Source: the human T2T-CHM13v2.0 reference genome, Homo sapiens. From it: a stretch of DNA of 64,000 nt. The translations under genes and the position numbers were made by a program. The notes below the pieces were generated by a model. It worked only from the letters and a program-made list of their open reading frames with translations. It did no database searches and was not told the origin of the DNA. Numbering within the stretch: the first letter of the stretch is position 1; each line of letters begins with the position of its first letter. The stretch is taken from assembly GCF_009914755.1 (NCBI RefSeq), contig NC_060939.1; one strand, 5' to 3'. Shown one piece after another: positions 16,035 to 34,460 of the stretch.

Positions 16035-18777
16035 AAAAAAAGAGAACTGAAATGCTACCGCAATATTCAACTACTGTAGTTTCAGCAGGTACAACAGACA
16101 ACAAAACACTGGGGAAATCTGACTTTTTGCACTAAATGAAACATGAAACAGGGCTTGTTTTTGTCATTTATCGTGTAGTAAAGCACATTATAGTACAAGA
16201 CTATTATATGAACCTCAGAAGCACTGCACAAAAAAACACTTTCCTTCTTTTCAGTTCAAAAGTCAGTGCTTATTGCAATTATATGCAAAATTATTTACTT
16301 CATGAAGTTTTATGATAAACAGTATGCAAAATGTTTTAAACATCAAAACAATAAAAATAATCTGGAACAGAACATATTCAACAATAACTAAGCAGAATTA
16401 GTAAACATAAAGTAAATAACCTGTGAATAACTATGCTTGCCTGGTTAACACTGAACCAGTTTCAATACAGCGAAGAAAAAAAAGAGTGGTTACAGGAATC
16501 CTAGTACTGTACAAGATAAGTCAATAACACTCATGCACATTTTGTGATCATGTATTAACATGGTGAAGCAAACTAAACTTAATTCTTCCTGCTGTAATAT
16601 TCTCATGTAAGAGAATAATAGAAATATCTCATTGAGATCAATGCACATTGCTACATAAGACAATTTTATCTGTCACTTTGATGACATTTTGTCTTTTCAT
16701 AATGAAACACATTTAAAAAGTTTAATCTGTGGACTGTATTGGTTGCATTTATCCTAAGAGATGTGCCTACCACAGGTTCAACAAATTTAGTGCAATATAT
16801 GAACCCCAGAAAGTTTGCTGGACGAATTCAACCAAATTTAAAGAGTTTGCTGCAATACTGTACAAGGGGTTAAAAATCCTCCAGTCTTAATATTTTTATC
16901 AAAAAAGATTTCCATTATTTTTATATTAGTAGGAAGCTAATAATGTAAACAAGGGATTAGAATGGCCTCAAAATCTCCTTTTCAGAGTATCTCATAAAGA
17001 AAGGCTCCCATCATTTGTCAGGAGAAATCACAGAGTTTCCTTTGGGTATTGCATACTTTGGTGTGCAGTAGTGCTGTGTCTCAATGTACAGTGAAGAAAT
17101 AACTAGCATCAAGAAAAAAATACCTAACAAATCATGAAATCAAGATAACAGCAAACACACACAAATGCCAATAACTAAGACATATCAATATATAAACCTC
17201 TGCGCCAACTCTAGCACCATTTATTTATCAAAATATGTTAATACCCTACCTTGCAAATTTATTGAACAACAAAACCTTATTAAACCCTTCAGCACATTTG
17301 CTAAATATTCATTGATTGTAGTCTTCTGATTGGCTTACTAAGGTAAAGGAAAGCTTAGCTAGGTTCAAGGTAGCATAGCAAATGGTTTTATGTTAGCTTT
17401 AAAAACAATGGCAATTTAAAAATCTCTTTGAAAGTGATCTTGAAACTCACTTAAATGGAGCTTTCAACCAGTGAGTAGGTTTGTGTCAACATGCAACTCA
17501 TAAATAATTATTCACAAAACAAAATGGGAGCCATAGAGAGAAACATTTTAAAACAAATCCTGAGTTCTTCTTTTGCAATTGTGGTTATCACAATAAATAA
17601 ATTAAGCAAGTAATAAAATGCTCTTCTTCTTCAAGTACTATTGATATCCCCTTTGTTTCATCAGAGATATAAAGATTTGTGGCTTCAGACCTTAGGTGGT
17701 GAAATGTTTTTTGTTGTTTTTTATGTTATCCTCCTTCCTGTTTTTCAAAGGGATCCTATGATCAAACTACATTACTATATTCAGGAGGAGTGAGGGAGTC
17801 AGTCACTCAATTGAAGAGGAAAAAAACTGATTATTGTGGAATATTTTAATGAAAAATTTCAAAGTAAATCTCAATTAGAATCTCAATATGTACATGCAGC
17901 CATTGTGATGAAACTAAGAGAATGCTTTTGTTTTCCTTCTCATTCCCCTAACTTAACAAATAATAAGACATAAAGCATTTTTCTAACATGCTTGTATTTA
18001 TTATATTAAATTACAAATGCCTGGAGTTACATTTGCTTGTTTTGTGTGTGCGTGCCTGCGCATCTATGTGTGCTAGCTCCATATTAAAATCAACATTTAA
18101 ATATTAATGCAAGGTCACAAATATAAATGGCTACTTGTTTTTTTTCCCTTAAAAATTTTAGTGCAGCTTTGCTTTCCTTAAAGTAATATTTAATTTTCCA
18201 TTATTTTCTATTTAAGCCCTTCATCGTGGGTGTAAATGGTACTGAAGCCCCAGAAAGTCCTACAGAGATTTTTCACCCTACAGTAGCTCTATGCTTCAAG
18301 CCTAAATATTTATAATAACCTGAATATTATCCCTGTTTCAAGGAAGACTTTCTTGTCTACAGTTCACCCTAGCTATGATTTTATATCTAAAAGATAATGC
18401 CAACAACAAAACAGCCTATACCTAAAATTGATGGTTTATTCTGAGTTCTGTGCAGATCATCTGATGAAATGAAACTAACTTACACAAAATAAAGATCGAC
18501 TGCTCTTGTAACAGCTGGATAGTCAATCAATGTGAATAAATGGGGCACATTATAAAATTTAAAACCTAATACTTGTTCTTCTACAGCCTACTGTCTTTAG
18601 ACACTTGTTAAGAACTGAGGCAAGTCTAACCATTTCCTACTGAAGAAACCACTTCTGCAGCAAACGCTTTTAAAATGTCACAATTAATAGTATTTCTGCT
18701 GCGGGAGGCACTTCCATTAAGACAAATACAATACATATGTCTTTAGATACAGTGTGCTACATGTTATAAAACACAAT
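15960..18777 (-). other. RFX7: RFX7 3' UTR (core part; may extend to ~12.7 kb)
   Basis: Repeat-free AT-rich sequence after the stop. Minus-strand poly(A) hexamers at 18435-18440, 17258-17263, 17220-17225 and 15857-15862 (AATAAA); 16029-16034, 15986-15991 and 15970-15975 (ATTAAA). The true end cannot be fixed from sequence. Confidence 0.7.
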
Positions 18778-22056
<3,279 letters not shown>

Positions 22057-22899
22057 TTAAAAGATAGCAAAAAATCAGATTTAACAGGTCTAGCCTGTAA
22101 ATAGTAATTCATGTATCTGTATATACTTTTAAGTCATTTATTAAATGTTAATGTTAAAAAGAAAAAAGTTCCTATGTTAGAAGAGAGTTCTTCTAGACCA
22201 GGTTCTACACAATCAGACACATAAATGTAACAAATGCAACCATAATGCATTATAATTAAAAAATATGTAAGAACATTAAGTTACTTTTCAATTAAGACTA
22301 AAAGCTTCACACCTGTGATGAATATTTGCTGAAACAATGATTTAAGGGGGTTACAGGAAGAAGACATAAAATCTTGAAGAAACATACAACTGTAAAGGTT
22401 ACCTACCAGAATCTATGCTAAGATGGCTCACTCATAGGGGAAACTGTCTTATAAATGTGTCTACCTTAAATGTCTGTAACTAAACCACTGCAAATAAGAT
22501 ACAACTACTGTCTACTCCAGTTTGCCCTATAATGAATAGTGCGGTTACCATGTATTTCATATTTTAATAACACGATGATGATAATAGGAACAAGAAAAAC
22601 GACAAAATACTTCCTAAATATTATTATCAATAATAACATAAAGCACCAACTTACTCTCATTTTAAAAGTCCCTTCATCATAACCTCAGTTGTGTGAGATA
22701 GGAAAGGAGGAGACTGTTTCCTTATCTACAAATAGAGGTTAATAAACTAGCTAAAGAACTTGGCCAAGGTTCTAGTCCTGTATCTGATAAGCCACGGATA
22801 GGCCTACATTTAAGTAATCATTACACATTAGAATTTTACTCCATCTGAATGTAAAAAAGAAAAGCGTTTAAATTTTAAAAAAAGACTGCAATTAAATTA

Positions 22900-23322
<423 letters not shown>

Positions 23323-23514
23323 TCAATAATGTTTCATAGCTTACTTTGTAATCAACAACATACATCCTGAATAAAAGACTGAAGGGGAATGAATCTTCCT
23401 GTGGTCACAAAATCAGTTTGTGGCTACCCTTATACCTGCCTTCTTTTCATCTGCCACTTTTAAGTAAACAGTTGATTTCCCACCATCCCAATAAGGCCAA
23501 ATACTATTTAATTA

Positions 23515-23934
<420 letters not shown>

Positions 23935-24022
23935 TTAACTCACAATTTCTTTATGAAGCATTAGACTTCGAATTTATAAACAATTGTCAATATAGTTTTG
24001 TCATCTTACAATATGGTTCAAC

Positions 24023-24096
24023 TCAGGCGACAGTTTCAGTTAACAACAGGATTTTAAAATCAGGTGACAGTTTCAGTTAACAACAGGATTTTAAAA
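24023..24096. repeat. 37-bp tandem duplication
   Basis: tcagg(c/t)gacagtttcagttaacaacaggattttaaaa x2, one CpG-type mismatch. Confidence 0.95.
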
Positions 24097-25539
24097 ACCG
24101 TAGCTATATCGTAAATGTGCAGAAGCTGAGATAAATGCCAACACAGCATTTTTACATTTTCTCAAAGGTCAGTAAATTTCCCTCCCCCCATTTCTAATCA
24201 GAAATAAATACATGTATTTTCATGATTTTAATATTTAGCCCATGAGGGGCATTCAATAATTCAATAAATATTTGCTGAAGCCACTCCTCATAATGGAATA
24301 AATTTGTATGGAGAAAACAGTTTTTAATCCTACCAGCAATTCATGGAAATAGGCACTATTATTTTATTGCTACTATACAATGATTCCAGTATGACCTAGA
24401 AGAAATTCAGAAGCAGAATTTCTTAACAAGACTAAAGTTAAGATATTCCAAAAAAGTGTCACTGAGAAAACCTTTAAAACAGTAAGATAAACACTGAAAA
24501 AAATTGACAAAATAAGCAAAATATAAATTTTAGGAAAAATGGATTATAAAATAAAAATTTTTTAAAAGCTCATTTCAGATTTAGGGCGTGGCATTGAGAT
24601 CATTAGAAAGTAAGTTGTGGGCAGTAAAAACAATGAAGAGAAGAAAGGAGAGGAACAACTATCCTGCTGGTACACCTTGCCCTTTCTTTTCTTTTCCCCA
24701 TCCCAATTTCTGCTTTTCATCATTCTAGTTAACAACAACAACTTGGTGTGGGGAGCAGGAAATAGACAATGAGGAAGCTATAACTCTCTCCCCATACTCA
24801 ATAATGATGAGGATCTGTTGAACCCCCAGCCCCTTTTAAAAATCACAATTTTTCATCTCAAATCCAGCTCCAGTTGTTTTGCCCCTTTCCGACCCCAAGC
24901 CTCAGCTCTGGCTTCTCAGCACCTGCACTCTGGAGAGCCTCTGCCAATGGCTCATAGCTTGGCTGTCTTATCCTTCCTGCCAGGGTTTTGAGACAGGAAT
25001 GAGTTCCAAGCAGCTGACTTACAAAAGGACATTTGTAACACAACCTGTTCTTAATATGGAGACTATATTTATAAAAAAAAAAATTCACCTTCAAAGGATA
25101 AAAATTAGTCTACTATCGAAGGTCTTTTTTGAAAAATATAGTAAGGGCTGAGATCAAAATTTTGAGAGACATTCTAAAAATGTTTTGAGTAATGATACAA
25201 TTGGTAAAGTATTTACCCTCTCAGGCTGATTGCTTTCAAAAATGGAGTGTCTTTTTAATATATGTAATTTTTAATACTTTTGTTAAACTCACACCTTTAT
25301 TTGCACTTAGACCTTAAAAATTCATTCATTCAATTCATTCAACATTTCCCACAGTTAGACTTTGTGAATGACAGAAATAGGAAAGAGATGTTTCTTTTCC
25401 CCATGATACCTCCTAAATCCTTCATCTGTTGATGTACTCTTTTAGGTGTTGGCAGGGGCAGGAGAAAGACAGCAGAGCAAACTGAAGGGTTCATTCCTTT
25501 TAAAGCTTATTTTACTATATGACATTATGATATAATTGA

Positions 25540-25720
25540 GTGAAGCTGGGCTTTGGAGACAGACAAATCAGAATTCAAATCCTGGCTCCATTACTTATGT
25601 GCCCATGGACAAGTTAATTGACCTCCCCAAGTTTATAAATTGGGAATAAATATCACCTATCTCACAGGACTGCTGGGGGAATTAAATGAGGTAACATAAG
25701 TGAGCTATTTAGCTCGATAA
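25540..25720 (+). mobile_element. MIR
   Basis: gctttggagacagac...ttcaaatcctggctccattactt...acctatctcacagg...attaaatgag core. Confidence 0.8.
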
Positions 25721-26784
25721 GGCTGGTCAAGCATTCTCCTGCTGGTCAGTACAATGAATAAACAGACTTAGGTCATACAGTTTACATGCAGACAGGAAAA
25801 ACTCTGTGACACTCTTTTTCTGAAATGGGTCTTCAATTGACCACAAAAGGAGAGGTTACACACACATACATCCCACATACTAAATGTAAAATTAGAAGAA
25901 AACGGACTCATTATTAATGTGTAAAAGATACTAAAAAAAGAAGTGAAGTTAATTAAGAGACTATAATTCTGGCCAAGATAAATCTATTGTAGATTTTTAA
26001 ATATTCAGAATTAACACTTAGAAGGACAGTCCTTGGAAAAATAAGTCTCTGATCACTATATCACTACATTTTTAACAGACATCCTGATTTTCTAGAATAA
26101 TTTATCCACTCTAGGTTTATAAGGTATAACTGAAATAAGATATTTTTAAAAATTCATCAGAACTGTTATTTTACACAACTATTAATTTAGGAGGGAGTCA
26201 TTCTAACAAGACTGTCAATTCCCAAAATTGTCGATTCCAAAAACTCATCTTTGAATAAAAATAGTCATGAATACACAGTAAAAAATATCACTCTTGTTAT
26301 TTTTTAGTAAGGCTTTGTACGGTTTTGTTTTTTTGAGGCTAAGTTACCTGTCACAGTGTGCAAAGATAATTTTATTTATAAGCATTAGTTTCTGGAATGG
26401 GAATCTAACAAGTAATTTTAAAATTTAATCTTATTATTTTACTTCTCTTATTAATTTAGATACACATATACATATATGTACATATAAAAGTACATATAAA
26501 CACATTCTATAAATGTAAAAGTAGCAATGGAAAAATTAATAACATATCAGCTGGGGAATCTACAGTTTCATATGCCAGCAAAGCAATATATAGAAACATA
26601 GCATTAAGCTTTATAATGAAAGGATTATTATTTTCTTGGCTCAACAGACCCATCTGAATTTAGTGTTAAGCGGAGTAAGAGTGAACACATGCAAGTACTA
26701 AAAGGATGAAGTTCTTTGATCTAACTCTTCTTTTGCTACCAATTCTAAATACAATAATACCTCTGTCAGTTTTTAGCTTGTTCA

Positions 26785-27006
<222 letters not shown>

Positions 27007-27578
27007 CTAGGCAAAGAAAAAAGGAAATGTTAACTTGTAAAAGACCAGAGAAATTAAATTGAAGCATGTTAAAGATATGTATTCTTAATTAGAAGATACA
27101 ATATAAATCTGTGGGTTAAAGTAGTATGAATTGACCCACTGGCAGACATATAAGAGCTTTGCAAATAAGGGACTCATACCCACTAGTGCACAGCAGTCAG
27201 CAGCCTTGCGAATATAACATTTTAAATGGTTTTTAAACATACAAGAAGACTGATGTTTTGAATCTTTCTAATGTCAAAACTATGCCAATAGCCACACATT
27301 TTTTCTAAAATTCCTATAAAACATATTACATGATGACTGACTTTTTCCTCTTGACTATACACACATATAGTCAATATGTATTTTGGAAATATCGAGAAAT
27401 CAGTAACTTCGAAACTTTTGTTCCCCCAAATTTCATGTTGACGTAGGTCATATACACTAACATTTTTCAGCCACTGTGTGATTTTTTTTTTCTTATTTGT
27501 AAAAGGCACAGTCGCTAGGCTTAACCAAATGAGACTTTGCAGGATGCATTTCAATGTTAATATAAAGGTACAATTTTA

Positions 27579-29135
<1,557 letters not shown>

Positions 29136-31159
29136 TTAGAGTGACAGAATTCAGAATTATATCGCAGGGTGCTATTTCAATACAATTTGATCCTTCTGAC
29201 AAAGTGAAGCAAAGGATCTTTCAAGTCATTTGCCACAATGTCTATGATCATCACTCTTTGGTGATGCATGTTAACTCAGGTTTAGTTAGCTGGCTTCAAC
29301 CTCAGGGTATATAGTCCTGCTTTCAATAACATTCATAAATCTTGCAGTAAGATACAATGTTGGTACAAAGTTTTCGAATTACAATCCCAACCAGTGCTCA
29401 TAAATGAATATATCCAGCTCAGCCAGTAGGGCTGTAAGTTTCCACATATGTATCAGGCTCACATACTGGGATAATTTCCAATATACATATCATGCACATC
29501 AGACAGAGATAATACTACTAGGTGGTTTAAAATTTAGAAACATGATATGTTTGAACTAAAAGGGACCCTACGAATACACCAACACTCTCATTTTACTGAT
29601 AAGAGAAAAAACAGGCAAGGGGAGAGGTTCCAAAGGTCCTAGTGTTATCCTCCTTCTACCCCCACCATCCCTAGTATTGCTAGGAAAAAAGTTACTTTGT
29701 AAGACAGTAACTTCAAGTGGGATCTGGAGACACACCAAGTCTTAACTACTACTGGAATCAGGTGTTCTGTTTTTCTCTAGAGCTGCCAGTCATAGGTAAA
29801 ATGTCAATCCTCTACCAGTTCAGCAGCAGACCAAGGCCACACCTTATTCTGGCCACCAAGGCCTTTGGGAGAACCACTACCTGGGAAATATGAATGAAGA
29901 GGAAGCCAGAGGAATTCCCTTGTCTCCGCCTCACCTCTCATTTAGCATCAACCAGGACAGCTTCTTGATGAAGTCATGCAGAAAAGAAATGAAAACAACT
30001 GGAACACATGGTGGGCAGGGTGTAATGGAAACCAGGACTTGGGTCTTTTTGTAGATTGCTGAATGTCCTGATAACATCCCTAAAGTGACCTTAGCTCAAG
30101 AAGTTAAGTTGGGAGAGACTCAAGAGGAGGCAGAGACCCCTGGGAGCCTTAATACAGAAAGAATAAGGGTAGCTCTGGAGACAATGCTATTTCTCTTGTT
30201 TGTGGCTTCCCTATTCCCACAGCAAATCCTGCATACCCCTGGGGGTTAGATGGGAAGGAGTAGCCCAGCAAACACATCACCAACAATGCTACGAGCAGAA
30301 AGGGAACTAATGCGTACTGAAAGTTTCCCATATAGGTAGTATTAGCAGCTTCATATTTAAATTGAGACTAAATTTGATACTTTGAGGGCTCAGGGGGTCT
30401 TGCAAGGTTGAAGGAGCAAAGTGAAGAGGTAACTATTTTGGGTGCTGACAATGGAAATGAGCTGCATCAAATCATAACAATTTCAGAAGCAAGTTAAATG
30501 AGTTCTTTATGGTTCAAACCAGCACAAAAAGAAAATGAGAATGAGGCTCTTTTGCACCCCAGGGACTTGACCCATGTTGATTCCTCTACCTGGAACATTA
30601 CTTTTCTTATCTTTCAAGTCTCTGCTTAAATTTTATGATTTTTGAAAGGATCTCTTCCGACTAAAGCAACGTCCTCATGTCACACCCTCATCATGTTCCC
30701 TATCAGTGTAATCTGTTTCTTTTCTTTGCATGAGTTACAATTACACAATAGTTAATTTATTTGTCTTCTTCATCACACTAAGTTCAAGCAGGGCAGTGAC
30801 CATACCTATTGGATTCGCCAGTGTATTCTCAGCACTAGGAACAAGATTTAAGGGTCATAGTAAGACCATCTGTATTTAAAACTATAATAAACATTAAAGA
30901 AACACATTAAAAGACTTAAAAAAGCAAAGAAGAAACATTGCCCCCCTCCGGATCCTAGGACAGCACTGGCAGAAATGGGTCTAAAAAACTGAAATCAAAT
31001 AAACAGAGGCAGTGTAATGAGACATTTGAGAGATAATATATCCATTCTATTCTCCATCTGTGTTTCAGATTTTGATTTTTTTTTTCATTAGTAAACCAAA
31101 ATTTTTTACTTTGGCAGAAGGGGTAGGAGAAAGGTTGGCAAAAGAAGTAATGTTAAGTA

Positions 31160-31610
31160 TCATCGACCTAAAGACATAAAGTGAGCAAAATTAATATAGT
31201 AGTTTAGTTTATTTGGGTCAAGGTTGAGGACTGCAGACTGGGAAATGCTGAGAAGTGCTCCAGAGAATGAAGGAAAGGCTCATGTTTTTAAAGAAAAAAG
31301 GACAAATTAGGAGAGGGGGCAATTACAAAAATTGTTTGTTAAGAATTCTCATTGGTGTAGAGAAATAACTGATTAGTAATTGCTATACATTGTTGAACTA
31401 TAGGGTATGAATTATGGTGTCTAGCATATGGCATTGTTAGGTTAGTTTATGGTTACTTGGTGGTGACAGTCTAAAGTCCATACAGCAGGCAGATTACTTA
31501 GCTCAAAGAGGGGAGTGAGAGATGACTACTTTCACATTTTAATGCCTCACTGGGCCCAGTAATTTAAAAGAGCTCACGTTCCTCAGATAAAAAGTTTCTT
31601 GTCTTTCTTG
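31160..31610 (-). mobile_element. ERV1 solo LTR (MER67-like)
   Basis: Minus strand begins ...aaactttttatctgaggaacgtgagctcttttaaattactgggcccagtgaggcatt. AATAAA on minus near 31210. Confidence 0.6.
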
Positions 31611-32472
31611 GTATACAGATGACCAATGCCAAATTTGTTTTTCAATACAATTTATATTGTGTGGTTATTTCACAAAATCATCCAATTCCATCTGGTTTTT
31701 GATACTTATTCTACCTCTTGGAAGGATATAACAACCTCATTGTCGAATACTCTGGTGGATAAATATTAAAAGTACTTTGTAGACATAAATAGCTCAAATT
31801 ATTCCTCCTGAATCATGTCAGAAGAAAACTGCCTATGATTCAAAACTTTATGCTTTGATAACTCATTTCAAACAGAAAATAAAGAGGGCATCAATGTAAA
31901 AACAACAAGAACAATACCTAGAATAGGTTCTCAATTTCTTTAATTTTGTGAAATGTTAGAATTGAAAAAATAAATCAGAAGTTGTATAGTTCAACTTCCT
32001 GCCAGATGTAGAAATGGTCATACTCTTAAATGATGGGTTACCTCAACACGAACCCTTCTTTGATGGGGAGGACTCTTTATTGTGAGGTGGCCTTATCCAA
32101 TTTCTAGTGGTTGTAATTTTTAAAGAAAAAGAATTTCAATAGGACACCTTTCCCCATTAAGAAAAATCTAGATATTCAATGATTCTTTTAAAAATCTAAT
32201 TTAGTAAGTACTTACATAATATTTATTCAATTTTGTCCTATATAACAAACCATTGGTCATTCCAGGCCATGTGGAGATCTTGGTTAGTTTACATCTCATT
32301 TTCCTGCTTCACAACGTTAACTGCAGGTTGACCAAGCAAGATACAGTGTCAATTGACTCTTAACTCAGTGTCAGATTATACTTTGCAAGACTCAAAAAAG
32401 GGTGAGGAACGGAGAATGTTCTGTTTACGCGATCACTAACACTCTAATGTCATTTTAAAAATGAAATAATTT

Positions 32473-32801
<329 letters not shown>

Positions 32802-34460
32802 TTAAAAGTACATTTTTAAGCCTGAAATTAAGCCTAATATTCAATATGACTATGAACACATCACTCAAAATCCATGGTAACAATTCAGTCTTTAATATTC
32901 ATTCATGTCACAAATTTAATTGTACAAGTTAAAGGTAAACATTGTTTAATGGTACAAAAATATAAACAATGAATCACAAAAGACTTGTGGTAAAATATAG
33001 TCATGGGATACCTAACCATACCTGACATTTTTTGAGTGCTTTCTTTGTGTTAAATCATTTAATCCTCTCAACAACCTTAAGACAGGTAGTTTTATTAAAC
33101 ATATTTTATAGATGAGGAACTTGCACAGAGAGGTGCACTAATCCCTTTATTTAACAGATGAGGTATTTTTATTGCTAATTGATAACTATAAGCATACTGA
33201 ATGAATAAAGAAGAATCAAATAGCAATAAAAAATGATGCAGGCGATATCGCCACTGATCCCACAGATAAAACAATAAAAAATGATAATAAACCAATAAAA
33301 AATGATACAGGGGATATCGCCACTGATCCCACAGAAATACAACTACCATCAGAGAATACTATAAACACCTCTACGCAAATAAACTAGAAAATCTAGAAGA
33401 AATGGAAAAATTCCTGGACACATACACCCTCCCAAGACTAAACCAGGAAGAAGTTGAATTTTTGAATAGACCAATAACACGTTCTGAAATTGAGGCAGTA
33501 ATAAATAGCCTACCAACCAAAAAAAGCCCAGGACCAGATGGACTCAAAGCCAAATTCTACCAGAGGTACAAAGAGGAGCTGGTACCATTCCTTCTGAAAC
33601 TATCCCAAATAATTGAAAAGGAAGGACTCCTCCCTAACTCATTTTATGAGGCCAGCATCATCCTGATACCAAATCCTGGCAGAGACACAACAAAAAACTT
33701 CAGGCCAGTATCCCTGACGAACATCAATGCAAAAATCCTCAATAAAATACTGGCAAACTGAATCCAGCAGCATATCAAAAAGCTTATCCACCACCATCAA
33801 GTCAGCTTCATCCCTGGGAAGCAAGGTTGGTTCAACATATGTAAATCAATAAATGTCATCCATCACATAAACAGAACCAATGACAAAAACCACATGATTC
33901 TCTCAATAAATGCAGAAAAGGCCTTCGAAAAAATGCAATATCCCTTTATGTTAGAAACTCTCAATAAACTAGGTATTGATGGAACATATCTCAAAATAAT
34001 AAGAGTTATTTATGACAAACACAGCCAATATCATACTGAATGGGCAAAAGCTGGAAGCATTCCTTTTGAAAACCGGCACAAGACAAGAATGTACTCTTAC
34101 CACTCCTATTCAACATAGTACTGGAAGTTCTGGCCAGGGCAATCAGGCAAGAGAAAGAAAGAAAGGATATTTAAATAGGAAGAGACAAAGTCAAACTGTC
34201 TCTGTCTGTAGACAACATGATCCTATATTTAGAAAACCCTATTGTCTCAGCCCAAAAACTCTTTAAACTGATAAGCAACTTCAGCAAAGTCTCAGAATAC
34301 AAAATCTATATGCAAAAATCACAAGCATTCCTATACATCAATAGACAAGCAGAGAGCCAAATCATGAATGAACTCCCAATCACAACTGCTACAGAGAATA
34401 AAATACCTAGCAATACAGCTAACAAGGGAAGTGAAGGACCTCTTCAAGAACTACAAACCT

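Noticed and set aside
22544-22560. RFX X-box autoregulatory site (gttaccatg)
   Set aside because: Half-site only, with no matching RGYAAC half. Other candidates (12325, 50930) are also incomplete.
29640-30500. GC-richer intronic block, possible exon or LTR
   Set aside because: No convincing splice pair, ORF or recognisable repeat family by eye.
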